A stretch of DNA of 64,000 nucleotides from positions 12,373 to 76,372 of the IMG/VR virus record IMGVR_UViG_3300021387_001066; one strand, given 5' to 3'. The notes beneath the pieces are model-generated. The model was not told the origin of the DNA, ran no database searches, and saw only the letters and a list, made by a program, of their open reading frames with translations. How positions within the stretch are numbered: position 1 is the first letter of the stretch; every line of letters starts with the position of its first letter. The translations under genes and the position numbers were made by a program. Positions 1 through 9,557 of this stretch are shown in pieces. The stretch comes from a virus. Taxonomy: Duplodnaviria > Caudoviricetes.

Positions 1-309
1 GAGCTTAGAGAAGCTCTTGCATACCAGCCTAACAATAAGGTCAAACTGCTGTATGGTGTGAGAACTACCGATGATAACAAGCAGTATCAGACAATCTGCA
101 CAAGAGAGCAGTTCTTCCTTCGCAATAATGCTAATGCAACAGCAGAAGAGAGATTAGCAAAGAGGCTGGCAGACTCTAAGGCTAATGGTTCATTTGCAAC
201 AACAGAATATAAGGTACAGCCTTTGACAGAGTATACCATACAGCCAACTCCTCTGGAGAATGTGCCAACAGCTTCAGAAGATACTGGCAGTGATCTTCCT
301 TGGGAATAA
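1..309 (+). CDS. 5'-truncated replication-module protein with acidic C-terminal tail (possible ssDNA-binding/annealing protein)
   Basis: Frame is open from base 1 (ELREALAYQPNN...) to TAA at 309; it ends in an acidic DTGSDLPWE tail typical of SSB-like proteins and lies directly upstream of the primase. Confidence 0.5.
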   Translation, partial: ELREALAYQPNNKVKLLYGVRTTDDNKQYQTICTREQFFLRNNANATAEERLAKRLADSKANGSFATTEYKVQPLTEYTIQPTPLENVPTASEDTGSDLPWE

Positions 310-344
310 AAACTGAATAACTAACCCTTCTAAATGATAATCTT

Positions 345-1343
345 ATGGTTATAGGTAAGACTTCCTCAAGTATATCTAAAGCAGAGATTTTCAACAAGTA
401 CAGTGAAGCAGAGGTAATAGCCTCTGTCTTCCCTGAAATTAAGTCCCTTCCTTGTCTTATATGCTCACCTCTTAGGGTAGACAAGAAGCCTTCACTGAGT
501 ATCTATGTAAGTAATGGTGGGCATGTATATCTGAAAGACCATGCAACAAAGGAACATTATGGGTTGCTGGATTTTCTTTGTGCTTATTGGAGCTGTGGAT
601 TCAAGGAGTGCTTGGATAGGATATGCAGCCTATTTATAGCTAAGGATGCTATAGATATTAAACCTAAAGCTATTAGGACTCTGACCAGAAAGGAGGCAGA
701 TACTCTTACCCAGATACAGGTGGCAGTAAGACCTTGGAGGGACTATGATTATAAATATTGGGCTGACTATGGTGTTGAGAAGCAATGGTTAAAGTATGCT
801 GGAATACTGCCTATCAGCCATAAGATTGTCACTAAGAAGGAAAATCCCCATGATAAAGGGAAAACCTATATCTTTCCAGCAGACAAACTTGCCTATGTCT
901 TTGTAGAGAAGAAAGAGGGAAGACTTTCAATCAAGATTTATCAGCCATATTCCAAAGACTTCAAGTGGTGTTCTAAGATGGATGCCAGTATAGTAGGACT
1001 GTGGACCAAGATACCTGAATATGGTGATAGGGTAGTACTATGCTCTTCTATGAAGGATGCGCTTTGCCTATCGTGTAATCTTCATATACCTACACTATGC
1101 CTACAAGGAGAAGGCTATGGGATGTCTGATACAGCAGTAAATGAATTAAAGAGAAGATACAAGAAAGTGTTTATCTGCTTTGATACAGATGCCCCAGGTC
1201 TTGAGGATGGCAAAAAACTGGCAGAAAAGACAGGCTTTATTAATGTGGTGCCTGATTTAGGAGCTGAGAAAGATTTGAGTGACTACTATAAATCACTTAA
1301 AGATAAAGAACAATTCAAACAACTAGAAAAACTATTCAACTAA
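345..1343 (+). CDS. DNA primase (crAss-type; degenerate N-terminal Zn-finger region plus TOPRIM domain)
   Basis: CSPLRVDKKPSLSIY resembles the CHC2 region; TOPRIM motifs CSSMKDAL and ICFDTDAPG; GAEKDLSDYY at the C-terminus. Confidence 0.85.
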   Translation: MVIGKTSSSISKAEIFNKYSEAEVIASVFPEIKSLPCLICSPLRVDKKPSLSIYVSNGGHVYLKDHATKEHYGLLDFLCAYWSCGFKECLDRICSLFIAKDAIDIKPKAIRTLTRKEADTLTQIQVAVRPWRDYDYKYWADYGVEKQWLKYAGILPISHKIVTKKENPHDKGKTYIFPADKLAYVFVEKKEGRLSIKIYQPYSKDFKWCSKMDASIVGLWTKIPEYGDRVVLCSSMKDALCLSCNLHIPTLCLQGEGYGMSDTAVNELKRRYKKVFICFDTDAPGLEDGKKLAEKTGFINVVPDLGAEKDLSDYYKSLKDKEQFKQLEKLFN

Positions 1344-1359
1344 TTAAAACTAAAACATT

Positions 1360-1752
1360 ATGGCAGAAAAGAAGTTAAATGTCCTTGGAATGGACGTGTT
1401 TATGACAGCAGCTATCAAGCGTAGTTATCAGAATGTAAAGCCTTTGATTAACAAGAGAATGAAGGCTGAGCAGAAGATGAAGGATGCACAGAGAGAGATT
1501 GAGATGATTAATGAGCAGATTGATGCTATGGATATCTTTGCTAAGACTACCTCTAAGAAGGCTTGTGGCTTTGAGCTTACTTCAGAGCAGTGCATGCACT
1601 TCATTGAGAATCCAGAAGAGTTTGAGAAGTTCAAGAATGCACAGAATCCACTTTTTGAGGCACAGGATATGCCCACAGCAGGCAGTGACTTTGATGTAGA
1701 CAAAGTGCCTACACCAGAACCAATGTATGACGAGGCAGCTAACTGGAACTAA
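1360..1752 (+). CDS. hypothetical protein, coiled-coil N-terminal half
   Basis: 130-aa ORF after an AT-rich leader, co-oriented with neighbours. Confidence 0.75.
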   Translation: MAEKKLNVLGMDVFMTAAIKRSYQNVKPLINKRMKAEQKMKDAQREIEMINEQIDAMDIFAKTTSKKACGFELTSEQCMHFIENPEEFEKFKNAQNPLFEAQDMPTAGSDFDVDKVPTPEPMYDEAANWN

Positions 1753-1773
1753 TAACTTTTAAAACATAGTACT

Positions 1774-2031
1774 ATGGATAGAAAAGAAGCTTATCAGAAG
1801 ATTAAGGAGTATAATCTCCAAGATGCAGTTATGAAAGTATCGGGTAAAAACTTTACCCAGACTTCCACAGAAGTGCTTGTACATGTAATCAGCACTTATG
1901 AGGATGCTAATACTAAGGAAGCAAAAACTCCTGTTACAGAGTCTGTAGATACTCTTGAGGGAGCATGCCTTGCATTCCTTGGTATTCTGAAGGATACAGG
2001 AAATCTTGATTCCCTGCTTGCAAAACTTTGA
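1774..2031 (+). CDS. hypothetical protein
   Basis: 85-aa ORF with AT-rich leader, followed by a terminator. Confidence 0.75.
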   Translation: MDRKEAYQKIKEYNLQDAVMKVSGKNFTQTSTEVLVHVISTYEDANTKEAKTPVTESVDTLEGACLAFLGILKDTGNLDSLLAKL

Positions 2032-2046
2032 TTGTTGCCATGACTG

Positions 2047-2081
2047 AAGGGGGTGTACTGTGTGGGTGCATCCCCTTTTTA
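2047..2081 (+). terminator. Rho-independent terminator
   Basis: GGGGGTGTAC / GTGCATCCCC 10-bp stem (G-U pairs allowed) followed by a T-run. Confidence 0.8.
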
Positions 2082-2101
2082 TTACTTAAAATTGACATAA
2101 G

Positions 2102-4312
2102 ATGATAATAAAAAGAGATGAAAGTGAAGTAGCTGTACTTGGGGAAGTACAGAAATATAAAGTAAGCATAGATGAGAGGAATATCAATCACATTGTTACC
2201 ATCCTTTCATCAAACCTTTATTCTCACCCAATGTCTTCCTTCCTGAGGGAAACTGTAAGCAATGCCATAGATTCGCACAAAGAAGCTGGTGTAGATGAGC
2301 CTATTATAATTACCATTACAGACAAGGATATTGCAATCAGGGATTTTGGTACAGGCATATCCCCAGAGAGATTTGAGCAGATTTACATAAACATAGGAAG
2401 TTCTACCAAGAGAGAAAGTAATGAATATATAGGGTCTTTCGGTCTTGGTCGCTTTAGTTGCCTGAGTGTCAGTGACTTAGCTAATGTTACAAGCTTTTAT
2501 AATGGTAAGGCTTATTACTATGTGATGAATAAGGACATAGACCAACTTCATATAGATTTGCTGTTTGAGAAGGATACTGATGAGCAGAATGGTGTAGAAG
2601 TAAAGATACCTTACACTGATAAGATAGCACCAGATGATCTCAGATGTCTGACATTCATCAAGAATATCTACATTGAAGATAAAAGACGGTCTTTGTATTA
2701 TAATACATCAGATACAGAGGATTTCAATAAAAGGAAAATCCATGCATATAAGACTTTCAAGACTTGCATAGTAAACGGAAGGTTCAGCTCTTATACTGAT
2801 AGGTTTGGTGTGTTGGTTGGAGATATACTCTATCCTGTAGACTACTCACAAATTGCCTCAGATACTGTAAATGATTCTTGGAAAGACACCTTTAACACAG
2901 TACGCCCATGTGTAGAGATTGGCAGTGTAGATGTTACTCCAAACAGAGAGGAACTGTTATATTCAGAGAGAACTAAGAGAGCACTTACAAAGGCTTTTGA
3001 AGCTACTATTGCAGAACTTACTGAGTATTGGAATATACAGTGCAGTAGTGAAAAGAAGGACTTCATAGAGTTTGCGGATGATATATGTAACCACTATTAT
3101 AACATATTGCATTTAGATGAAGATGTTATAGATCTGAGCAGAAGGCTTCCGTACAATTTCAAGTACAACGGCTTTGAGGGCTTTCCTTCAAAGGATGTGA
3201 GATTAATAGTTCAGACATTCTATAATAGGTTTGTGAATGGTTTTCTTGTTTATGATGGAAGCTCTGTGAGAAGAGGTGAAAGTTATACAAAGCTACGTAT
3301 TTCACAGTTGTTTGACCGTGCTAGGGATGGTTGGAAAATCATAGCTGCTCCAAGTTACGCAGGTTTTAGTGGAAAGTATATAGACGGATTCATCAGAGAA
3401 ACCTATGGGTTTAACAAAGTGTTTATCACACACCAGATTAAACCTACCTTAAGATGGATTAAGGCATTGCACAGGGAACATTGTGGCACTTTGTGTGCTA
3501 CTTCCATGACACCTATATTCTTTAAGGTAATAAGGGAACTCTCTAATCTCTATAAGAAATATGTTGAGGAGAAGGATATTATAGGCAGTGAAGAATACCA
3601 GCAGTATAAGAAGGATAACAGAGAAGTCTCTTCTTTCCAGAACATGAAGGATAAGTCTGAATATATCTTTCATATCTATAATGGTGGTACTTTGGAAGAG
3701 AAATATACTGGAACGGTAGACATGCTGATAAGAAAGCTAAAGTGGTCCAATAGGAAACTTAGAATAGTATATGCTCCTTTGAATAGTCCTTTCACAACCA
3801 GTCTTATGAGACTAAAATACCCAAATCTTTGTGTAGTAGAGCTTGCAAAAGGTGCTTATAAGCTTGCAGAGAAGGGATTATTCCCTAAATGGGTAAAGCC
3901 TGTTGAAAGTATCTATTCACCTACGGACAAGCATCTTTGCAGGTATGCCACTATACAATATCTTCGTTCACAAGGCTATGTATCAGAGTCATATTTCTAC
4001 ATGATACCACAAGATATTGTGGAAGATTTCAAGTATCTTAACAGAATGAGTGAGAAATATAGTCCAGGAAGCAGTATGGACAGGTCCATCCTTGATATTG
4101 TTCCAGAGGAGAACTATGACAAGCAGATAATAGGTGCCTACAAGCGTGTTAAGTCATACATAGACCTTATAAACAGTTGTTACGGCTATAATAGTGACCT
4201 TTTCTGGTACAAATTGATAAAATCCAAGAAGATAAGACTTGACTTAAAATGTTGTGCTAAGCTGCTTAGGGAGAAAATCAGACCGATAGAAGAAATAATT
4301 TCAAAACTTTGA
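2102..4312 (+). CDS. rIIA: rIIA-like protein with N-terminal GHKL/Hsp90-like ATPase domain
   Basis: GHKL motifs LRETVSNAIDSH, IRDFGTGIS and GSFGLGRFS; DVTPNREELLYSERT; paired with a downstream rIIB-like gene. Confidence 0.85.
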   Translation: MIIKRDESEVAVLGEVQKYKVSIDERNINHIVTILSSNLYSHPMSSFLRETVSNAIDSHKEAGVDEPIIITITDKDIAIRDFGTGISPERFEQIYINIGSSTKRESNEYIGSFGLGRFSCLSVSDLANVTSFYNGKAYYYVMNKDIDQLHIDLLFEKDTDEQNGVEVKIPYTDKIAPDDLRCLTFIKNIYIEDKRRSLYYNTSDTEDFNKRKIHAYKTFKTCIVNGRFSSYTDRFGVLVGDILYPVDYSQIASDTVNDSWKDTFNTVRPCVEIGSVDVTPNREELLYSERTKRALTKAFEATIAELTEYWNIQCSSEKKDFIEFADDICNHYYNILHLDEDVIDLSRRLPYNFKYNGFEGFPSKDVRLIVQTFYNRFVNGFLVYDGSSVRRGESYTKLRISQLFDRARDGWKIIAAPSYAGFSGKYIDGFIRETYGFNKVFITHQIKPTLRWIKALHREHCGTLCATSMTPIFFKVIRELSNLYKKYVEEKDIIGSEEYQQYKKDNREVSSFQNMKDKSEYIFHIYNGGTLEEKYTGTVDMLIRKLKWSNRKLRIVYAPLNSPFTTSLMRLKYPNLCVVELAKGAYKLAEKGLFPKWVKPVESIYSPTDKHLCRYATIQYLRSQGYVSESYFYMIPQDIVEDFKYLNRMSEKYSPGSSMDRSILDIVPEENYDKQIIGAYKRVKSYIDLINSCYGYNSDLFWYKLIKSKKIRLDLKCCAKLLREKIRPIEEIISKL

Positions 4313-4315
4313 AAT

Positions 4316-5317
4316 ATGAGAATAATAAGATGTAAGAACAGCTTGACAGCAGTACTTTCTGACGGAAGAGTTATTCAGACAGCAGATTGTACTGACGAAA
4401 TGTTTGAGAAAGTAAAGGAATTTCAGAAGGAAGATAATGAGTTTGAGCTTATAAATCTTCTTATTCCTGAAGAGCCTGACAAGGAAGATGCTTACAGAAC
4501 CTACTTTGTAGAAGTCACTGAAAAGGCACAGTCTTCTGAGATACTTGAAATTGTGAAGAGAGGTGATGAAGTAAGCATGTATTGGAAGAATGTATCTCCA
4601 TTGTCACTTCCTCCAGAGCTTGCTGAGAGGATTCTTGAAGCAGAGAAGAACGGTGATGATGAACTCATAAAGACCTATGCAAACTTCTGGACTCTTCTGT
4701 CTCTCAATCCTGATGAAGTTGTACGAAGGAATTTGTTTAAATTCCTGAATAAATGGGGTATGGTGATATCTAAATCTGGATTGTTTGTAGGCTATAGGAA
4801 TGTAGATGTCAAGTATCTTGGAGAAACTCCTGAGGACACTATCTATACAGACCATCATAGCCATTCAACTACCATTAAGATTGGATGTGTAACTTCCATT
4901 CCTAGAAGTAGTTGTAACAATGACAGCGGTGTGGAATGTAGTAGTGGATTACATATAGGAGGTACAAGCTGGCTTCAGCAACACTATTTTGGTGATACAG
5001 GCTTGGTATGCTTGGTAAATCCAGTTGATGTAGTTGCAGTGCCTTGGGCTTCAGCAGAGTATGGTAAAATCAGAACATGTGCATACCTTCCTATTGGAGT
5101 TGCCCAGTATGACTATGCTGGTTGTATTATCCCATATACAGATAAGGATGGCTTTGATTCCAAGTATGTGAAGACCATTCTTTATGATGGTATAATGAGT
5201 CCAGAGAAAAACCCTGAATATAGTGTTGTTATCAGAGATCGTGAAAGCTATTCTGACTATAAGACTGTCTCAGACAAATTACTTGAAGTTGCAAGAAAAT
5301 TCATCAAGGATATTTAA
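4316..5317 (+). CDS. rIIB: rIIB-like protein
   Basis: rIIB-type motifs GLFVGYRNV, CSSGLHIG, LVNPVDVVAVP and KIRTCAY; follows rIIA. Confidence 0.8.
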   Translation: MRIIRCKNSLTAVLSDGRVIQTADCTDEMFEKVKEFQKEDNEFELINLLIPEEPDKEDAYRTYFVEVTEKAQSSEILEIVKRGDEVSMYWKNVSPLSLPPELAERILEAEKNGDDELIKTYANFWTLLSLNPDEVVRRNLFKFLNKWGMVISKSGLFVGYRNVDVKYLGETPEDTIYTDHHSHSTTIKIGCVTSIPRSSCNNDSGVECSSGLHIGGTSWLQQHYFGDTGLVCLVNPVDVVAVPWASAEYGKIRTCAYLPIGVAQYDYAGCIIPYTDKDGFDSKYVKTILYDGIMSPEKNPEYSVVIRDRESYSDYKTVSDKLLEVARKFIKDI

Positions 5318-6000
5318 TGACTATCGAAGAATACTTTGGAGATTGGTGTAGGGTGATAGACATAAAGGAAGCAGAATATAAGGCTAGGCTTCTGGCTTCT
5401 TCCCCAGTGTCTGTCTGCCCTATGCCAAGAGATATGTATAGAGCCTTTGAACTATGCTCTCTTGAGAAATTAAGAGTGGTAATACTTGGGCAGGATCCAT
5501 ATCCAGACTATATAGATGGAAAACCTAGGGCAACTGGTATTGCTTTTGCTAATTCTCCAGATATTCCAGAAGCTAAAATCTCCCCTTCATTAGAGATTCT
5601 AAGGGAATCTGTTATTGACTTTACCATTCCTCATGGAATAGTTAACTTTGACCAGAGTTTGGAAGAGTGGGAAAGGCAGGGGGTGTTGTTACTAAATACA
5701 GCACTTTCTTGTGAGAAAGGAATCATTGGTTCACATATATCTTTGTGGAAGTATTTCATAAAATCCTTTCTTACTAATCTATCCAGACAAACTACAGGAA
5801 TAGTGTATATCTTGATGGGCAGCCAAGCCCAATCATTTGAACCCTTCATAGATAAAAGTTCAAATCATATTATCAGGATAAGACACCCTTCCTACTATGC
5901 AAGAACCCATACCAGAATGCCCTCTGACATCTGGAATGAGGTGAATGACATCCTGCTAAAGCAGAATGGCTGTAAGATAGAATGGTACAAAGAATATTAA
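5317..6000 (+). CDS. ung: family 1 uracil-DNA glycosylase
   Basis: Catalytic VVILGQDPYP, plus QGVLLLNTAL and RHPSY motifs. Confidence 0.92.
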   Translation: MTIEEYFGDWCRVIDIKEAEYKARLLASSPVSVCPMPRDMYRAFELCSLEKLRVVILGQDPYPDYIDGKPRATGIAFANSPDIPEAKISPSLEILRESVIDFTIPHGIVNFDQSLEEWERQGVLLLNTALSCEKGIIGSHISLWKYFIKSFLTNLSRQTTGIVYILMGSQAQSFEPFIDKSSNHIIRIRHPSYYARTHTRMPSDIWNEVNDILLKQNGCKIEWYKEY

Positions 6001-6018
6001 CTATAAAATAAAGGAGTT

Positions 6019-6390
6019 ATGGAAAAGTATTTTATGAAGGGTACAGATGATGTACTGGAATTTGGAGACCAGATTGTGTTGGATTTCTCAAGTAAGGATG
6101 AAGAGGGCAAGACTACCCATCATCATTTAGACTGCAAGTTTATTCCTGTGCTTGTAGATACTCTCCTGGAAAATGACATCATTGAAGTAAGAGAAGTTGA
6201 AGGGGATGAAGAAGAGACAGATACTCTTGACTTTGGAGACATTGAACTTGAAGAGGCTATTGAGGATATCCTTGGCAATCAGGAGGATATGAAGGATATG
6301 CTTATGCATCTTTTAGAGAAGGTAGCCTATTTGATAGAGTTGGTAGAAGCAAAGCCTAAGAAGGATGTCAAAAAGTCAGCAGGAAAATAA
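6019..6390 (+). CDS. acidic hypothetical protein
   Basis: 123-aa D/E-rich ORF within the operon. Confidence 0.75.
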   Translation: MEKYFMKGTDDVLEFGDQIVLDFSSKDEEGKTTHHHLDCKFIPVLVDTLLENDIIEVREVEGDEEETDTLDFGDIELEEAIEDILGNQEDMKDMLMHLLEKVAYLIELVEAKPKKDVKKSAGK

Positions 6391-6814
6391 GAAGGTAAAG
6401 AATGCCCATCCTTTGGAGTATCAGGGAATTCAGTTCAAGTCACAGCTTGAAAAGATGACCTATGTTACTCTGAAGGAAGCAGGCTTTCCTGTAGAGTATG
6501 AGCCAAGGACTTTTACTCTGTGGGAAGGTATGAAGCCTACTGTTCCCTTTTATGACAAGGACAAGGTGTCAAGGATGCTGAAGCTTAACGATAAGAAGAT
6601 GATAAGCATTAAGCATACACCAGACTTTGTATTTGAATACAAAGGATATCTTGTAATCATAGAATCGAAGGGCCTTGAGACAGATAGGTACTTTCTTTAC
6701 AAAAAACTATTTAGGGCATGGCTTGAAGAGCATGAACCTAAGAGTATATTCTTTGAGATATACTCTAAGAAACAGCTTCTGCAGGCTATAGAAATCATTA
6801 AAAACTTAAATTAA
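6365..6814 (+). CDS. PD-(D/E)xK endonuclease (T7 endonuclease I / DUF1064-like)
   Basis: FKSQLE, HTPDFVF and IIESKG motifs. Confidence 0.8.
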   Translation: MSKSQQENKKVKNAHPLEYQGIQFKSQLEKMTYVTLKEAGFPVEYEPRTFTLWEGMKPTVPFYDKDKVSRMLKLNDKKMISIKHTPDFVFEYKGYLVIIESKGLETDRYFLYKKLFRAWLEEHEPKSIFFEIYSKKQLLQAIEIIKNLN

Positions 6815-6820
6815 GACATT

Positions 6821-7087
6821 ATGAGTATTCAGACGTACAAAAGAACAGACCTTAACGAGCCTTTCAGCTATTCTAAGGTAGGCAATGCCACCGAAAAAAT
6901 CCAAAAGTTCGTTAAGTATCTCCATGACTTCCTCCCAGTGATAGAGGAAGAGTTCAATGACCTTGAGAAGAGAAGCAAGACTTCCCCTAATGAGATATTT
7001 CCTATCAAGATGAATGCCCTGCAGGATATCTACAATGCTGCAGAGCCTTTGTATAAGTGGTATGTTGAAAGGAGAAAGCAGTCATGA
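6821..7087 (+). CDS. hypothetical protein
   Basis: 88-aa ORF with an ATGA overlap into the next gene. Confidence 0.7.
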   Translation: MSIQTYKRTDLNEPFSYSKVGNATEKIQKFVKYLHDFLPVIEEEFNDLEKRSKTSPNEIFPIKMNALQDIYNAAEPLYKWYVERRKQS

Positions 7088-8127
7088 CCATTGAGAAGGA
7101 ATTAAAGGATATTAGCTGGCAAGTTCCAGAAGAAACCTACCGTGCAGATCCATTTTTAAGCTATTCTACACTCTCTACCTATGAAAGACTTGGTTTTGAT
7201 GGACTTGACCATTTATTTGACAAGCTTGACACTCCATCATTAACACTAGGATCTGCTGTAGATTCAATAATCACTGGAGGCTGGGATGAATTCAATCAGA
7301 GATTTCAAGTACTAGATATCAATATAACTGATGGAGGTCTTGATACGTGTAAGCAGCTTATGTCAATGAATCTTCCGTATCTTTCCTTTGAAGAGATACC
7401 AGAGCAGGTAGTATCTGCTGCAGCTAAAGTGGCTGGTTTTTGGAAGGCTGATAAGTGGGATAAAGTAAGATACAGGGAAGTGCTGAAGACAGGTAATATT
7501 GCAGAGTACTATAATGCTATGTTGCACAGTGACAAGACTATCATTGATACTAATACCTACAATGATGCTCTCAACATGGTTAAGGCTCTCAGGGAATCTC
7601 CAGCAACCTCTGGCTACTTTGCAGAGGACGATGAGTTTTCTCCTGTGAGAAGGTATTATCAACTAAAGTTCAAAGCTATTGTTGATGGCATAGGTTACAG
7701 ATGCATGCCCGACTTAATCTGCGTGGATTATGAGGATAAGATAGTCTATCCGATAGACCTCAAGACCTCTGGAAAGCCTGAGTATAACTTTGAGAAAAGC
7801 TTTGAGCAATTCAACTATATGATTCAGTCAAGGCTATATTGGAGAATAATCAGGGCCAATATGCTAAATGACCCTTATTTCAAGGAGTTTAAGCTTGCTG
7901 ACTATAAGTTCATAGTAGTAAATAAGAATACCCTTACACCTCTTGTATGGGAATTTCCTTTGACTCAATTCTATGGAACACTTGTAGATGAAGAAGGCAA
8001 GGAGTACAGAGATCCTTATGTAATTGGCAAGGAGCTAAGAGGCTATCTTGACTTGAGACCAAGAGTACCAAATGGAATATCCATCGATGGAGTAAATACT
8101 ATCAACTGTTTAAAACTGAAGTCATAA
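7084..8127 (+). CDS. PD-(D/E)xK exonuclease (RecE/exonuclease VIII-like)
   Basis: LSYSTL, TLGSAVDS, CMPDL...IDLKTSG, and YMIQSRLYW (QxxxY). Confidence 0.8.
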   Translation: MTIEKELKDISWQVPEETYRADPFLSYSTLSTYERLGFDGLDHLFDKLDTPSLTLGSAVDSIITGGWDEFNQRFQVLDINITDGGLDTCKQLMSMNLPYLSFEEIPEQVVSAAAKVAGFWKADKWDKVRYREVLKTGNIAEYYNAMLHSDKTIIDTNTYNDALNMVKALRESPATSGYFAEDDEFSPVRRYYQLKFKAIVDGIGYRCMPDLICVDYEDKIVYPIDLKTSGKPEYNFEKSFEQFNYMIQSRLYWRIIRANMLNDPYFKEFKLADYKFIVVNKNTLTPLVWEFPLTQFYGTLVDEEGKEYRDPYVIGKELRGYLDLRPRVPNGISIDGVNTINCLKLKS

Positions 8128-8375
8128 TGGGAAGAAGGACATTAGCTAGCTTATGCGAAGAGTATGAAGTAAAGGACTACTTTGAATTGCTGTGTAAAGT
8201 ATGGCTGACAGGCAAGAAGAAGGAAGCCTTAAGAATGGTGTTCCAGATGAGACCTAAGAATATCAAGGAATTCATGGTAGAGCTTAACAACTGTACCTTT
8301 ACAGGAATACTCGGAGATGATGGTCCTTGGCAACCTGAGTTTTTAGATAAGATAATCTGGGAATTAGATATTTAA
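8127..8375 (+). CDS. hypothetical protein
   Basis: 82-aa ORF coupled to the upstream stop (TAATG). Confidence 0.7.
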   Translation: MGRRTLASLCEEYEVKDYFELLCKVWLTGKKKEALRMVFQMRPKNIKEFMVELNNCTFTGILGDDGPWQPEFLDKIIWELDI

Positions 8376-8379
8376 GACT

Positions 8380-8712
8380 ATGTATAGTAAAGACAGAAGA
8401 GAATACTCTGTAGTAAAGAATCTATCTAAGGAGCTTCTGAAGGAATTTGGAGAACTTGAAAAGCTCTATAAGCAGTATGCAAAGAAGACTTATGGTAATG
8501 GTACTGCAGCCTTCATAGAACCTGATAATTATGGTAAGGACAGATATAGATTCACTATAAGGTTTGTTAATGCACAGATATTCCCAAAAGAGATTGAGAA
8601 TTCTCTTGCATACCTTGTCAAGTGGGCTATTACTGACACTAAAATGGCAGTACTCAAGAGGAATTCTCTGATGTATGGATTCTTTGCTTCTAAACATAAG
8701 GTAATAGTATGA
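8380..8712 (+). CDS. hypothetical protein
   Basis: 110-aa ORF within the operon. Confidence 0.7.
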   Translation: MYSKDRREYSVVKNLSKELLKEFGELEKLYKQYAKKTYGNGTAAFIEPDNYGKDRYRFTIRFVNAQIFPKEIENSLAYLVKWAITDTKMAVLKRNSLMYGFFASKHKVIV

Positions 8713-8843
8713 CTAGGCGTAATATACAATTTAGAGACAACACAGGCTGTCTTGGATGTCTGTATGTAGTTATCATGGGCTGGCTGATACTGTGTACTCT
8801 GGTAGGAGGATATAAGATTTTAGATTGGATAATTAACTTGTAA
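8709..8843 (+). CDS. small predicted single-pass membrane protein (44 aa; below the ORF-track cutoff)
   Basis: ATGA overlap with the previous stop; MTRRNIQFRDNTGCLGCLYVVIMGWLILCTLVGGYKILDWIINL; fills the gap before dut. Confidence 0.65.
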   Translation: MTRRNIQFRDNTGCLGCLYVVIMGWLILCTLVGGYKILDWIINL

Positions 8844-8852
8844 GTAAAATAG

Positions 8853-9401
8853 ATGGAAATAAAGGTTTTGGAGAAAACTGCTGGATGTTTTCCAGTGGAA
8901 TTGGCAAATGGTGAATGGTTTGACTTGACTCTTGCAGAGGATGTAAAACTTAGGGCTCCCTATGCAAGGACACTTCATAAGAAAAAGACAGACAAGGATG
9001 ATGTTGAGAGATTCAGGGATGTGTCTTTCAACTATGCCATGCTGCCTCTTGGAGTGGCTATGGAGATACCAAAAGGCTATGAAGCACATATTGCACCAAG
9101 AAGTTCTACATTTAAGCACTGGGGAATACTGGAAACTAATGGTTTTGGCATTATAGACAACAGCTATAAGAGTGATAAGGACGAATGGAAGATGCCTGTA
9201 GTAGCTACTAGAAATATTACAATTCCAAAAGGTACCAGAATCTGCCAATTCAGAATACAACTCTCTCAGAAAGCTACTATGTGGCAGAAAATCAAGTGGC
9301 TGTTCAGTTCTCATGTAAAACTTGTGAAAGTACTGAGCTTGAACAATCTAGAAAGAGGAGGCTTTGGTTCAACTGGGAAAAGTGTTTCAGATGTAAAATG
9401 A
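8853..9401 (+). CDS. dut: trimeric dUTPase
   Basis: IAPRSS, GIIDNSY, RICQF and RGGFGSTG motifs. Confidence 0.92.
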   Translation: MEIKVLEKTAGCFPVELANGEWFDLTLAEDVKLRAPYARTLHKKKTDKDDVERFRDVSFNYAMLPLGVAMEIPKGYEAHIAPRSSTFKHWGILETNGFGIIDNSYKSDKDEWKMPVVATRNITIPKGTRICQFRIQLSQKATMWQKIKWLFSSHVKLVKVLSLNNLERGGFGSTGKSVSDVK

Positions 9402-9547
9402 AAGAAAGAGTTTGGAATAAATTTGAGATGTTGAAAGATGCACTTGGCATTGATGTGCTTCTTGAAGAATTGGCTGATGAGATACCCCTCAATCAGCTAG
9501 AAGAGTATCTAAATGCCATTGCAGAAGAAAACGATGTTGATTTTTAA
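9398..9547 (+). CDS. small hypothetical protein (49 aa; likely true start within ORF 9281..9547)
   Basis: ATG overlaps the dut stop (ATGA); MKERVWNKFEML... Confidence 0.6.
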   Translation: MKERVWNKFEMLKDALGIDVLLEELADEIPLNQLEEYLNAIAEENDVDF

Positions 9548-9557
9548 AAACTAAATT

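Noticed and set aside
345-620. Primase lacking a full CHC2 zinc-ligand set
   Set aside because: Degenerate N-terminal Zn-finger regions are, as I recall, usual for crAss-like primases, so this is not distinctive.
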